64,000 bases of DNA from IMG/VR virus record IMGVR_UViG_3300044655_002046. One strand, written 5' to 3'. Shown here one piece after another: positions 37,509 through 47,550 of the stretch. The notes beneath the pieces are model-generated. The model was not told where the DNA came from. It ran no database searches and worked only from the letters and a program-made list of their open reading frames with translations. Origin of the DNA: a virus. Both the position numbers and the translations under genes were made by a program. The first letter of the stretch is position 1. Each line of letters begins with the position of its first letter.

Positions 37509-38981
37509 ATGCCGTACATCCAAACTAATCTAAAACTCACTATTAGTCAATATCATTATTTGCGCGAGCTAACAGCTGGCATGGATAGTGATAGTCGACG
37601 TTTATTCATCCACACGTTTTTGTGCCAGCGCCAGATGCGTGCTAAGTCTGATTACCACGCGTGGAAGGGAGTACCACTGCCACGTAAGAGCTTCATTCAC
37701 GTCTACTGTAGAAATTATAGCTGGGAGAGCGTAAAACCGTTTATGACGCGGGCCCCCTACTACGCTAAGGAAGGAATCTGCTTCCGCTACCGTATCCACG
37801 AGCACATCATCGATACCTTCATTGAGAAGGGAGAGGATTTACTACTGAGCCCCTCTCGACTACAGGATCAGTGGTTCGTTGATGCAGATGGCCGCCCGCT
37901 TCCTAAACTTAATAGGCCGCTTAGTAGCGCACCGTCGACACAGGTTGATTTGGGCTATGGCATCGCGTGGCTGATACGTCAACGAGATCGGATAGAGCGT
38001 ACTCGCGATAGTCTGAGTGATGTTGAGCTGGCTAGTAAACGGGCCCGCTACCTTCATAACCTAAACTGCTATCAGGGTATACTCGAGCGCGTAACGAGTA
38101 TCGACTACACGAAACGTCAGGCAGAGTACTCGCAAGAACTAACCCAACCTCACGAGGGGCTCCGTGTATACGAGAAGGGAGGCGGCCTCCAGGGTGCTAG
38201 TAGGAACTTCAGAGAGGTGCTGCTAATATCCAGCCCTGTGATTAACTATGATGTCGTCAAGTGCCACGCGACGATTGCCCATCATGAGATGGAGAAGCTA
38301 GGTATTAGTTCCCATCTGGATGAGATGCTATCGGGCCGTGTGAGTTCTCCTGACCCCCTACTGTCTGTAGGCACTGTGAAGACAGCCGTGTTAGCAGTAA
38401 TCAATGGGGCCCGGCTCGTTAAGCGTCTCAGTACCCGCTTCACTATACCGCGATTAGTACTAGAAGAGCCACTCCTAGCTGATAAGGATACAACCATTAA
38501 GTCACGGGCCCTCGCTCGCCTAGTAAGATACCTTAAAGGCATAGCTACCAGCATAGCGAAGTGGTCTAAACTAATACCCAAGCACGAGAAGATAGCAGCC
38601 ATGTCCGCTCTACTTCAACGTATAGAAGTAGACAGTCTACGAGACATCCACGACCTCGCATCCAACAATCAGCACGACGGTGCCCTGATCCATAACTCCA
38701 TCAACGTCAGTGAGGTAGAATCGGGCTACCTACTCGTGCAACCCAAACCCATCTCCTCACCCGACCCCGAGGAGTCCGTCACCGTGTGCGGCCGCCAGAT
38801 CGAGATCATACCATTCAACGCAGAGTGTGCCAACATCGCGGACATCATCATGGGCGCGGGTACCCGGCTCCAGGCCACAACAGGATACGGAAACTGGGCC
38901 CCCACCCCCCATAAGAATACCGTTAGTAGATCAGATAGCAGCGCTGATACATCGAATCTCAGCGCTGATGATAGTAATTAA
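37509..38981 (+). CDS. Divergent family A/T7-like palm polymerase-related protein (TV-Pol-like)
   Basis: Motif A-like VINYDVVKCH, motif B-like VKTAVLAVINGA, motif C-like QHDGALI, in the expected order. Confidence 0.55.
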   Translation: MPYIQTNLKLTISQYHYLRELTAGMDSDSRRLFIHTFLCQRQMRAKSDYHAWKGVPLPRKSFIHVYCRNYSWESVKPFMTRAPYYAKEGICFRYRIHEHIIDTFIEKGEDLLLSPSRLQDQWFVDADGRPLPKLNRPLSSAPSTQVDLGYGIAWLIRQRDRIERTRDSLSDVELASKRARYLHNLNCYQGILERVTSIDYTKRQAEYSQELTQPHEGLRVYEKGGGLQGASRNFREVLLISSPVINYDVVKCHATIAHHEMEKLGISSHLDEMLSGRVSSPDPLLSVGTVKTAVLAVINGARLVKRLSTRFTIPRLVLEEPLLADKDTTIKSRALARLVRYLKGIATSIAKWSKLIPKHEKIAAMSALLQRIEVDSLRDIHDLASNNQHDGALIHNSINVSEVESGYLLVQPKPISSPDPEESVTVCGRQIEIIPFNAECANIADIIMGAGTRLQATTGYGNWAPTPHKNTVSRSDSSADTSNLSADDSN

Positions 38982-39564
38982 TACCCGTACAAGGGAGACG
39001 TGTGCCTTGATTCAACAATACAATAACCTATCTATAGAATTCATTGATGTTTATGTTAGCGCTAGGGATGTTCTCAGAGCTCTCAATCTCTCTGACGATG
39101 CTCTAGAACAGGTCACTAGTCATAACAAGCTTATGAAGAACTCAACAATGGTGCTAGAACCAGCTGGTGTATATCAGCTGGTTCTTATCAATGATGAGAT
39201 AGACTTCTGGGACTGGTACAGCGACGAAGCCCTGGCTGTTGCTAAGGAGACGATGTTGCGTATGAGTAATTACATGAAGGCTCGTCGTATCCTCAAGGAT
39301 ATCATGGATGCCCCCGATGCTGTCAAGCTGCCCCGCATAGTTGATCAACTAATCGCAGCACGACAGTATAAGGATGGTATATCTAAAACTGCTGCCATAC
39401 TGTATGTAAAGCAGCAGGTAGAGAATAAGTTGAAGGAGCGCGGCCACCCTCATCCTCCTCTTATATTAACGTTCTCTGATACACACATCGATATAAAAGG
39501 CGAAGTTAAGTACGAGGACGCGTTAACCATATGCTACGAGATAGCAGGAGAATATATTGCTTGA
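38827..39564 (+). CDS. Bro-N/antirepressor-like DNA-binding protein
   Basis: VYVSARDVLRAL...EPAGVYQLVL; start uncertain. Confidence 0.55.
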   Translation: MPTSRTSSWARVPGSRPQQDTETGPPPPIRIPLVDQIAALIHRISALMIVINTRTRETCALIQQYNNLSIEFIDVYVSARDVLRALNLSDDALEQVTSHNKLMKNSTMVLEPAGVYQLVLINDEIDFWDWYSDEALAVAKETMLRMSNYMKARRILKDIMDAPDAVKLPRIVDQLIAARQYKDGISKTAAILYVKQQVENKLKERGHPHPPLILTFSDTHIDIKGEVKYEDALTICYEIAGEYIA

Positions 39565-40048
39565 GACTGTATTGGCGCTGCCCGCCATTAGACAAGACAG
39601 AACAGCACTACCCTTCGTCTTCCCAGAGTTATCCCTCTATACTCTCCTGAGTATAGAAGATATCATTCCTGACATCACTATCAACGTAGTGGCTACCAGA
39701 CCGTGGGCCCAGGGCACACACTATAGCACTATGTATTGGACTGTTCTGGTAGTGCGTTATCAGAACAGTCCCTTCTTAGTAGTGGGCCGTCGTTACGTGA
39801 CAGATGAACTTAGTCCTAATGAAACGGCCCTCCGCTATGTAATAGACCAGGACCTCTATCGTACGGCTATCAACTACGCACTACAGCAGGAGACAGAGGA
39901 GGTAGTCTTTACTAATAAGGAGCGGCCCCTCGATAAGGAGAAGGCCCAGGCCTTTCATCGTGTAGGTGGAGAGATACGCTTTATAGAGGCCGATGCTCTC
40001 AGTTGCACCATTGGGGACATCAATACATTACTTGACATCTTATTATGA
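39557..40048 (+). CDS. Hypothetical protein
   Basis: 163-aa ORF with TTG start, operonic. Confidence 0.55.
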   Translation: MLETVLALPAIRQDRTALPFVFPELSLYTLLSIEDIIPDITINVVATRPWAQGTHYSTMYWTVLVVRYQNSPFLVVGRRYVTDELSPNETALRYVIDQDLYRTAINYALQQETEEVVFTNKERPLDKEKAQAFHRVGGEIRFIEADALSCTIGDINTLLDILL

Positions 40049-40983
40049 AACATCAAAATATGCAATCAAAGAAAGTTCCAGTCTCAGTTAAAACGTTGCA
40101 AAATTTAGAATTGTTATCATTTAACTTTGAGGTGGTGCAAGTAAATGTTAAGGGTGAGCAAATCAAAAAAGAGTCAAAGCAGTCCCAATGTTTCAGGGAA
40201 AATTTGGGCAACGGCATCACCTTAGAAATGGTTGCCATCCCGAGGGGGACATTCCTGATGGGTTCACCGCAAGACGAGAAAGATAGTTACAATGATGAAC
40301 GTCCTCAACATGAGGTTAACATCCCCCCCTTTTTCATGGGCAAGTATCCCATCACCCAGACACAGTGGAGAGCAATTGCCTCTCGCACAGATTTGAAAGT
40401 AAAAAAAGACCTTGATCCTGATCCCTCCCACTTTAAAGATAGGGAAGGATCATACGCGCGCCGAGATAGACCCGTGGAACAAGTCAACTGGTACGATGCC
40501 GTCGAGTTCTGCGCGAGATTATCTAAATTAACGGGAGGGGAATACCGACTTCCCAGTGAAGCGGAATGGGAATATGCCTGTAGAGCGGGGACAACAACCG
40601 CCTTTTACTTTGGGGAAACCATTACGGGGGAATTGGCTAACTATGATGCCAGCAAAACCTACGCTGATGAACCCAAAGGAGAATATCTAAAAGAAACGAC
40701 TCCCGTGGGACAGTTTCCGCCCAATGCCTTCGGTTTGTACGATATGCACGGCAATGTCTGGGAATGGTGCGCCGATACCTGGCACGATAACTACGGTGCG
40801 CCAACGGATGGCAGTGCCTGGATAGAAAATGGGGATCATAATTGTTCTCCTCGGCGGGGCGGTTCTTGGTTCAGCTATTCCCGTCGCTGCCGTTCTGCTT
40901 ATCGCAGCAATAGCGACAGCCGCGACAGCCTCAACAGCAGCCTCGGTTTTCGGGTGGTGTGCGGTGCTGGGAGGGCTCTGTAG
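40045..40983 (+). CDS. FGE-sulfatase protein, DGR-target-like #7 (long type, close to #1)
   Basis: LELLSFNFEVVQVN..G..IK...F.ENLGNGITLEMVAIP...; VR 40855-40953. Confidence 0.93.
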   Translation: MKHQNMQSKKVPVSVKTLQNLELLSFNFEVVQVNVKGEQIKKESKQSQCFRENLGNGITLEMVAIPRGTFLMGSPQDEKDSYNDERPQHEVNIPPFFMGKYPITQTQWRAIASRTDLKVKKDLDPDPSHFKDREGSYARRDRPVEQVNWYDAVEFCARLSKLTGGEYRLPSEAEWEYACRAGTTTAFYFGETITGELANYDASKTYADEPKGEYLKETTPVGQFPPNAFGLYDMHGNVWEWCADTWHDNYGAPTDGSAWIENGDHNCSPRRGGSWFSYSRRCRSAYRSNSDSRDSLNSSLGFRVVCGAGRAL

Positions 40984-41034
40984 CAAAAAGGAATTTAATT
41001 TAGTGCCAGCAGACTTGCAAAAATTAGGTGGCCT

Positions 41035-41265
41035 ATGCTCTCAGCTGCGCCACTGATACTTGATTTGTTAGATATGCAAACTGTGATTAAAGCCATGCAA
41101 GAAATATACCATAAGTACCCAGATATAGAGCCTCGTATCAAGAAGAGTGAATATGCAATGTTATCTTATATATTGTGCGTAATTATGCACAATGTAGATG
41201 ATGTTCCTAGAGATATTGATAAATATCTAAGGCGTTTAGGTTATACAGGTTATACAACAGACTAA
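41035..41265 (+). CDS. Small hypothetical protein, duplicated at 41475-41660
   Basis: MQEIYH..PDIEPRIKKS.YAMLSY in both copies. Confidence 0.55.
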   Translation: MLSAAPLILDLLDMQTVIKAMQEIYHKYPDIEPRIKKSEYAMLSYILCVIMHNVDDVPRDIDKYLRRLGYTGYTTD

Positions 41266-41513
41266 CCAATTATTTACCTTGAATGTGGGGGTTATCTATA
41301 CGTTTAATAATGCAAGTGAACTATTCGCTGTCACTGTTGAAGATGCAGAAGTGAGTAAACAACTAGCTTGCTGGGTTTATTAGTAGTTGATAATCTTCAA
41401 AAATGTTGTCGTACAAGGATCGACTTAAGACTTCTGTAAGAGGTATAGTGAGTTACACGACCCATCAATTAATATTCCTTGATTTGTTAGATATGTAAAC
41501 TGTAATTAAAGCC

Positions 41514-41726
41514 ATGCAAGAAATATACCATAGTTGCCCAGATATAGAGCCTCGTATCAAGAAGAGTAAATATGCAATGTTATCTTATGCTTGCAAAATT
41601 ATGCACAATGTAGATAATGTTCCTAGACATATTGATAACTGTCTATATCTATACGTTAGTAATCGCCTGATGGGTAGTATCTACCCTTATCCTCAAAGCC
41701 CCTTGACAAAAGAGTCACAGCCTTAA
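41514..41726 (+). CDS. Duplicate of the 41035 gene
   Basis: Near-identical DNA to 41093-41230. Confidence 0.5.
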   Translation: MQEIYHSCPDIEPRIKKSKYAMLSYACKIMHNVDNVPRHIDNCLYLYVSNRLMGSIYPYPQSPLTKESQP

Positions 41727-41804
41727 GTTGTCACGGGCCTTGAGGTGTTGAAATAATAATTACTGTCACTAAACAGTTCTTTAGTACAAAAGAACCTAGC
41801 GAGA

Positions 41805-42176
41805 ATGAGAGGGATCATTATGTCTTCTAAAGACAAAAGTAAATTATTGTTAGAAAAAGTGTCCTGTGAGGCTCAGTCAAAACTCGCATATTATAACTTG
41901 CTTATGCAGGGAAAGGCTTTCCGCCAACACCTAGAGTCTTTGTCTGACGTCAAGATTGAGGAGATAGATAGGCATTTCTTAAAAGGCTTTTTGTCTTATT
42001 CTAGACGCTTATATACTACAGGCGAAATTAGTAAATCTGCTTATATATCTCTGGTTACTCAAGCTGCCGAATTTTATGCTGAGAGGCTGGTGGAGTCAAA
42101 ATTGGCAAAAGCCTTGAAGAAATATGAGCTTTATTTTGAAAAAGCGTTAACTGTGCAGTCGGCCGAGGGGCGTTAG
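41805..42176 (+). CDS. Hypothetical protein
   Basis: 123-aa ORF. Confidence 0.6.
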   Translation: MRGIIMSSKDKSKLLLEKVSCEAQSKLAYYNLLMQGKAFRQHLESLSDVKIEEIDRHFLKGFLSYSRRLYTTGEISKSAYISLVTQAAEFYAERLVESKLAKALKKYELYFEKALTVQSAEGR

Positions 42177-42251
42177 TCAAATTAATATTAACCTCACTAT
42201 CAGGCGACTTTCTGTGGTACACAAGATCAATCACACAATTGGAGTATAGCC

Positions 42252-43403
42252 ATGATTAACATGAAGGCTCACACCGTATATATGGTTGTGAGGCCATATT
42301 CAGAAAAGAAGAAGATATTAATGAGGGCCGCTCAGGAAGTAGGGGCCCTTTACATAAAGGGCCCTCATCTGCTAGAGAATACGATATCGTATCCTGGCTC
42401 TCTCCTAGCCCATCACGTATTAGTGGAGGTTAAGAATCAAGAAGAGGCTGATCAGGTTATAATGATGGCGGGCTGCCATCACTACGGCGTAGGAGAAATA
42501 CTATTCAATGCCGAGAGCGGCGTAGGAGTTGAGCTCAGCCACCTGATAGAACGGCAAGAAGATATAGTGCTTAGTGTAGAGCAAGTGCCTCACTACACTA
42601 TGAGTGATGAGGCCCTAGTAGTAGGAGATATCCATGGCTGTTATGGCCATCTGCGTGCGCTACTTAGAAAGGCGGGCTTCTTATTTGTAGGGGATGAGAT
42701 TACTCATTACCCTATGCAATTAGTACTCAATGGAGACCTAGTGAATAAGGGCCCCTGCTCTGCCGACGTTATTAGATTCGTGTACTCTAACCTAGGTCAC
42801 CCTGACTTCAAGGTCGTACTAGGTAATCACGAGCTCTATATTATGCAGCACATAGATGATGAGAAGCCTATTAGTCGCTACTTCGATTATCTCACTACAG
42901 CTAGGACTAATCGCATGCAGCGTAATATGTTTAGGGAGATTTATAGACATAGTGTGCCCTACCTCGTATCCTATAGTCGCACCTCTGCTGTTCACCACTC
43001 TCCTTGCGACTATAAGTATGTAGGCAAGTCTGACCCTATCTCTATACAGAGACAGATTCACCTACCCAGTATTCGAGGTCAGGCCGATAAGCAGAATACC
43101 AGCGTAGACGAGGTACTATATCCGTACTTCAATGGTCAGCCCAACTGGCCATTAGTTGTTAATGGTCATGTCACTACTAAGCACCCGCTACTAATTAATA
43201 ACCGCGCTATGATTGATACAGGCGCCTTCCTAGGCTGTTATCTAACAGCAGCTCATATCATGGGCTCTACCTGTCAATTCATATCCACAGAGAATGTGAA
43301 CTCCGCGCGTAATACTATGCGCCTTAATCCCATTGCGTCTGCGATACAGGATGCAAGTAGCGTTAGAAGAAACGTGCCTCATTTGGTTAAGGCTTCAGTC
43401 TAG
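42252..43403 (+). CDS. Calcineurin-like metallophosphoesterase (Pnkp/PrpA-like)
   Basis: GDIHG, GDLVNKG, GNHE, VNGH, IDTGA motifs. Confidence 0.9.
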   Translation: MINMKAHTVYMVVRPYSEKKKILMRAAQEVGALYIKGPHLLENTISYPGSLLAHHVLVEVKNQEEADQVIMMAGCHHYGVGEILFNAESGVGVELSHLIERQEDIVLSVEQVPHYTMSDEALVVGDIHGCYGHLRALLRKAGFLFVGDEITHYPMQLVLNGDLVNKGPCSADVIRFVYSNLGHPDFKVVLGNHELYIMQHIDDEKPISRYFDYLTTARTNRMQRNMFREIYRHSVPYLVSYSRTSAVHHSPCDYKYVGKSDPISIQRQIHLPSIRGQADKQNTSVDEVLYPYFNGQPNWPLVVNGHVTTKHPLLINNRAMIDTGAFLGCYLTAAHIMGSTCQFISTENVNSARNTMRLNPIASAIQDASSVRRNVPHLVKASV

Positions 43404-43562
43404 TCGCGTACGTTGTTACCGATAACCCCGCACGGAACGCGGGGTTATTAACTTATTGTGCAACATTTAACCTTCTTAAACTTATCCATTACCGAGTAAA
43501 TATATATTAGGTATGGCATCACCAGTAATGGTGAAGGCCATTGCCTGCAAAGCACAAAGCAT

Positions 43563-43748
43563 ATGAATAATCAAACACCTATCGAGAGTTTCTCTTTAGC
43601 GAATATTAAATTTGACTATAATGCAGAACCAATCTGGAAATTAGCGGCTCGACTTTCTGCTAAAATTCCCAATGAAGAATGGGCAAAACTACCAAAAGAT
43701 TTAGCCCAAAACTTTGATCATTATCAACAACAACAGGATCAAAAATGA
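43563..43748 (+). CDS. Small antitoxin-like protein
   Basis: PIWKLAARLSAKIPNEEWAKLPKDLAQNFDHY resembles cyanobacterial antitoxins paired with PIN toxins (from memory); no toxin adjacent. Confidence 0.5.
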   Translation: MNNQTPIESFSLANIKFDYNAEPIWKLAARLSAKIPNEEWAKLPKDLAQNFDHYQQQQDQK

Positions 43749-44557
43749 GATGCACCCAGACTCAATTATCTACCTTTAACTTTAACAACCAAGAAATCCG
43801 CGTTATAATCATTAATAATGAGCCCTGGTTTATAGCAGCCGACGTTTGCGCTGTTCTCGAACACACTAATACGTCAGTAGCTCTACTTCGGTTAAAGGTG
43901 TATGAAAAACAATTAGTTGACCCTAAACAATACTTAGGGTCAGTCTCAAATCAATATATATCAGCCATTTCAGAATCTGGCTTATATAGATTAGTACTCA
44001 GCAGCCGCAAACCACAGGCAGAGTTATTTCAAGACTGGGTAGTACAAGAAGTACTACCTACCATTCGCAAGACTGGCCGCTATTCTGTTAGTGACTTCAA
44101 GATTCCTACTACTTATGGTGAGGCCTTACTTGAAGCGGGGCGCCTAGCCTTAGAATTAGAACAAACTAATGTCACCTTAGAACAAGTTAATGCTACATTA
44201 GAAGAGCAAGCCCCACTGGTTAAATTAGCAGAGACGTTGACAGTCAGAGACGTTGATGCTGTCCTAATAGGAGATTTGGCTAAAGCTTATGGTGTAGGTC
44301 GTACAACGTTCTTCGATATGTTGCGTGACATTCGCTTTATTATGATGAAGCCAAATCGATTACCTTATCAGCGACATGTATTAGCTGCCAGAGCAGAGGT
44401 GTTCCGCAAAGAGCGCCCCCATCAACCTGGTATCTTCGATAGCGTTACTGTTATAACGGCTAGAGGTCAACTATACATAGCGAAGAAGTTAAAGCAACTA
44501 GAATGTGCTAAGTTAGTAGAATCGCAACTAAAAGCCGCGTACGAGCTTGTAGAATAA
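43745..44557 (+). CDS. Bro-N + ANT/KilAC antirepressor
   Basis: FNFNNQEIRVI..NEPWFIAADVC, ISESGLYRLVLSSRKPQAELFQDWV, PTTYGEALL, IGDLAK, ITARGQLYI. Confidence 0.9.
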   Translation: MRCTQTQLSTFNFNNQEIRVIIINNEPWFIAADVCAVLEHTNTSVALLRLKVYEKQLVDPKQYLGSVSNQYISAISESGLYRLVLSSRKPQAELFQDWVVQEVLPTIRKTGRYSVSDFKIPTTYGEALLEAGRLALELEQTNVTLEQVNATLEEQAPLVKLAETLTVRDVDAVLIGDLAKAYGVGRTTFFDMLRDIRFIMMKPNRLPYQRHVLAARAEVFRKERPHQPGIFDSVTVITARGQLYIAKKLKQLECAKLVESQLKAAYELVE

Positions 44558-44588
44558 TACTGTTCTCGTAAACCACAATTACAATTTA

Positions 44589-44891
44589 TTGACTATGACT
44601 ATTATGAATTTCATCAATTATCTATTGGAAAAACTCGGCAAGGTGCAGTTCCGTACACTGCTTGTAACTATCGGCTTGTTATTGGCCTATAGTCTGGCGG
44701 TTATTATTGGTCGTCTTGTTTACGCAGCGGGGGTGTTGGGCCTCGGCGATGTGCTCTGTATGTTGGGCCTCTATCACGCGTGGCGGGCTATCGCAGACCT
44801 CGTACCATCAGTTACTCAATTATTAGTTAGTCCACCGACTAATCCACCGACTTCTATTAATCTCGAAACTGAAGGACTAGGCAATAAGTAA
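44589..44891 (+). CDS. Small membrane protein
   Basis: Two hydrophobic segments. Confidence 0.6.
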   Translation: MTMTIMNFINYLLEKLGKVQFRTLLVTIGLLLAYSLAVIIGRLVYAAGVLGLGDVLCMLGLYHAWRAIADLVPSVTQLLVSPPTNPPTSINLETEGLGNK

Positions 44892-45003
44892 CAACTGGTC
44901 CAGCACCTAATTAAGAGCACCGTAAGCCTAGTTAGGAAATCGCCCACATAATGCCATGCTCACGGCCATAGTAATTTACTTAGGTAGGAGAGCATAATTA
45001 TTT

Positions 45004-45093
45004 GTAGGATAGGTTAGCGGTAGCGTAACCCACACGAGTGTTGGGCTTCATGCCTCAACCGTTCGGCTGAGGTCACGGTTGAAGCCCAACCTA
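45004..45093. repeat. GTAG-family REP-like element, probably host-derived
   Basis: GTAGGATAGGTTAGCGGTAGCGTAACC...GTTGGGCTTCA...TGAAGCCCAAC palindrome. Confidence 0.65.
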
Positions 45094-45148
45094 TGTTTAT
45101 CCTATATTTAATTCTGGCTACCTAATTAATCACATTAAGTAAATAAGT

Positions 45149-45310
45149 ATGGCTAAGTTCAATTCAGATACAGCGTCTAGTATGGGGCGCCGCGGTGGTG
45201 AGAAGACAGCTCAGAATAAAGAGCACATGAGAGAGATAGGTCGTCGGGGCGGACTGAAGGCCCAACAGCGGCTCGCTGAGAAGAAACAGCAGCGTCCATT
45301 AGATGACTAG
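45149..45310 (+). CDS. KGG-repeat stress-induced protein (YciG/GsiB-like), missing from the ORF track
   Basis: MAKFNSDTASSMGRRGGEKTAQNKEHMREIGRRGGLKAQQ; two GRRGG repeats. Confidence 0.8.
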   Translation: MAKFNSDTASSMGRRGGEKTAQNKEHMREIGRRGGLKAQQRLAEKKQQRPLDD

Positions 45311-45982
45311 TAGATTATAGGTCACTATATTAACTATATCATTCACCTGCGTGGTATCCATAGCTGTACCCCCCTCCCCTATGAAGTGGACGCTAATGAG
45401 AGCTATAGGGCTATCATCATCCAATAATAGTTGCTGATATAAATGTCGCACTCCTATTATATCTAGATGAGCCCGCTGCTTAAAGCTAAGTAGTATAGAG
45501 TTAGCATCAGTCTTCATAAAGGATCGGGTACTAGCGTGTTGCACTAAAGTAGGTAGGTCATAGCAATGGTCGCTAATTAATACCTGTCTATAGAGATTAG
45601 CTATACTGCTAATCCCGGGGGCTAGACTCTCGTGAGTACACGTCATCTTGAGGAACTTAAGACCAGATATACTGCGACCAGGATTATGGAACTGGTGGAG
45701 TAAGACTCTATCGGCCGCCGTTGTAATCCGTATCTGGTTGAGTAGATCAAGGATATAAATGTCTTTATCTATAGTGCTAACATGGCGTATCAGATCTTGT
45801 ATAGCGTACCTGCGCTCTATCTGATTGCGGAATATCCATCGCCCAATAAAGATTATAATAAATAGAGTCAGACTAAACGTGTTCTGCCATAGGAAATCAG
45901 TGACCTGCGGTAGAGCTTCCTTAACCAGAGTGTGCGGAGCTAAATGAATAGTGTAGGCCTTATCATTCTGTGGTACATTCAT
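45299..45982 (-). CDS. Membrane-anchored protein with possible GAF-like domain (holin candidate)
   Basis: One N-terminal TM; ADRVLLHQFHN...KMTCTHE...PIALISVHF pattern. Confidence 0.5.
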   Translation of the reverse strand: MNVPQNDKAYTIHLAPHTLVKEALPQVTDFLWQNTFSLTLFIIIFIGRWIFRNQIERRYAIQDLIRHVSTIDKDIYILDLLNQIRITTAADRVLLHQFHNPGRSISGLKFLKMTCTHESLAPGISSIANLYRQVLISDHCYDLPTLVQHASTRSFMKTDANSILLSFKQRAHLDIIGVRHLYQQLLLDDDSPIALISVHFIGEGGTAMDTTQVNDIVNIVTYNLLVI

Positions 45983-46074
45983 GTTTGATGGGGCATTCCT
46001 CAGGCCTTTAAGTACATCCTTAAGTTAGTGTCTAAGTGCTTCTAGTTTTATATTTATTCACGAGGACTTTGTAG

Positions 46075-47550
46075 GTGAATTATAATTATGATAGTCAATT
46101 AGGGCTTGCCTGTATTACTGATACTAAGCGCAATATTAAGGTATTCTGTCCTGTGGCCCGCCCGGGGCAGAGGTATGAGGCCACTATAGCCTATACTATG
46201 GCACGATATTCTCGCAGTGCTGAGTCAGTAGAGAATCTACTCAATGAGGCGCGGGGAGTAGATGCGGATAAACGTCTTCATAATATATTCTATAATTATG
46301 GTCACGGTAGTGTACAGGGCCTAGCCACGTTATCAGTGTGCTTTGAAGGTATTCCCCTATGGTTTGCCTTCTATCTGTTCAATACTATGCCTCTAGGAGC
46401 AGGGCAGGAACGCAGTACTCGTTATCAGAAGATGGGCGATTACTATAGAGTCGGTAATGAGTCCTATGACAAATCAATAGACTATCTATTCAGCGCATAT
46501 GAGGAACTCTATGAGCCCACTCGAGAGGCATTGGCCCGCGCTTACGACGTAGACATGAGCGATAAACGCCAGGTACAGGCGCTGGATGCCCGTACGCTGG
46601 ACTGTACGCGTTATCTATTACCTATGGGAGCCCGCACTAGTCTGGGTATCACATCGGATGCCGAGACGTGGAGTCGATTCATCAGTGACCTACTGAGTAA
46701 TCAAATTAACTCGGGGCCCGATGAGTTATACAGTGCCATTGGGCACATGCTGAAGCAACTACTGGGTGGTTGTCCTGAGCTAGAGGCCCAGGGCTACGTA
46801 GCAGGTGCCCCAGGGCTCATACGTCACGCAGAGGCCCGGCATGACCTGAGTGCTAGTCTAGCCAATATGGCGCGGGCGGCTCAGTCATCTCTCGTTGCTA
46901 ATATGGATGGCGAGTATTATAGCTCGAAGCTAGTAATTGTACAGAAGCCATACTGCGATATCGTTGGTAACCTGGCTCTATTACTCCAGAATGATGTGTA
47001 TCGGCCGGCCCTAGTCCTATCTACTAATAGAAGATTACTAGCTACGCTACGGGAGGAGCTGACTACGTGGCAGCATTACGATAGATTACCTACTCAGTTC
47101 AATGCCCCGCACATGTACATGAGTGGCTATATGGATGTGGGTGCGGCCCGCGACTTCAATCGTCATCGTGGTATATGGCGGTACTTTCCTGCTCTAACTA
47201 ATGTAGAGCTATTACGAGGAGATACTGGTTATACTCTACCGCTCTATATAGAGCACCTCCCCATAGCTGAGCGCTATAGAGAGGTGTTGGATAAATATTA
47301 CGAGACACTGGGCGGCCCTGCTATACAGTACCGTATACCACTAGCCCACAATATACGATACTGTATAGGCGGTTCTCATAAGCATATGGCCTATGTGTGC
47401 CAGCTTCGCTCTCGAGTGGGGGGCCACATCAACTACCGTGTGATAGCTAATGAGTGGGCCAATAGTATAGCTGACGTTAATCCACTATTCGACCTTACTC
47501 ACATCATACGTGTAGTCGAGAATGGTCGAGATGAGTTCCTGAGTCGTTAG
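46075..47550 (+). CDS. thyX: FAD-dependent thymidylate synthase (tandem ThyX-domain type)
   Basis: YGHGSV, QERSTRY, RYLLP, RDFNRHR, QLRSRVGGH. Confidence 0.85.
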   Translation: MNYNYDSQLGLACITDTKRNIKVFCPVARPGQRYEATIAYTMARYSRSAESVENLLNEARGVDADKRLHNIFYNYGHGSVQGLATLSVCFEGIPLWFAFYLFNTMPLGAGQERSTRYQKMGDYYRVGNESYDKSIDYLFSAYEELYEPTREALARAYDVDMSDKRQVQALDARTLDCTRYLLPMGARTSLGITSDAETWSRFISDLLSNQINSGPDELYSAIGHMLKQLLGGCPELEAQGYVAGAPGLIRHAEARHDLSASLANMARAAQSSLVANMDGEYYSSKLVIVQKPYCDIVGNLALLLQNDVYRPALVLSTNRRLLATLREELTTWQHYDRLPTQFNAPHMYMSGYMDVGAARDFNRHRGIWRYFPALTNVELLRGDTGYTLPLYIEHLPIAERYREVLDKYYETLGGPAIQYRIPLAHNIRYCIGGSHKHMAYVCQLRSRVGGHINYRVIANEWANSIADVNPLFDLTHIIRVVENGRDEFLSR

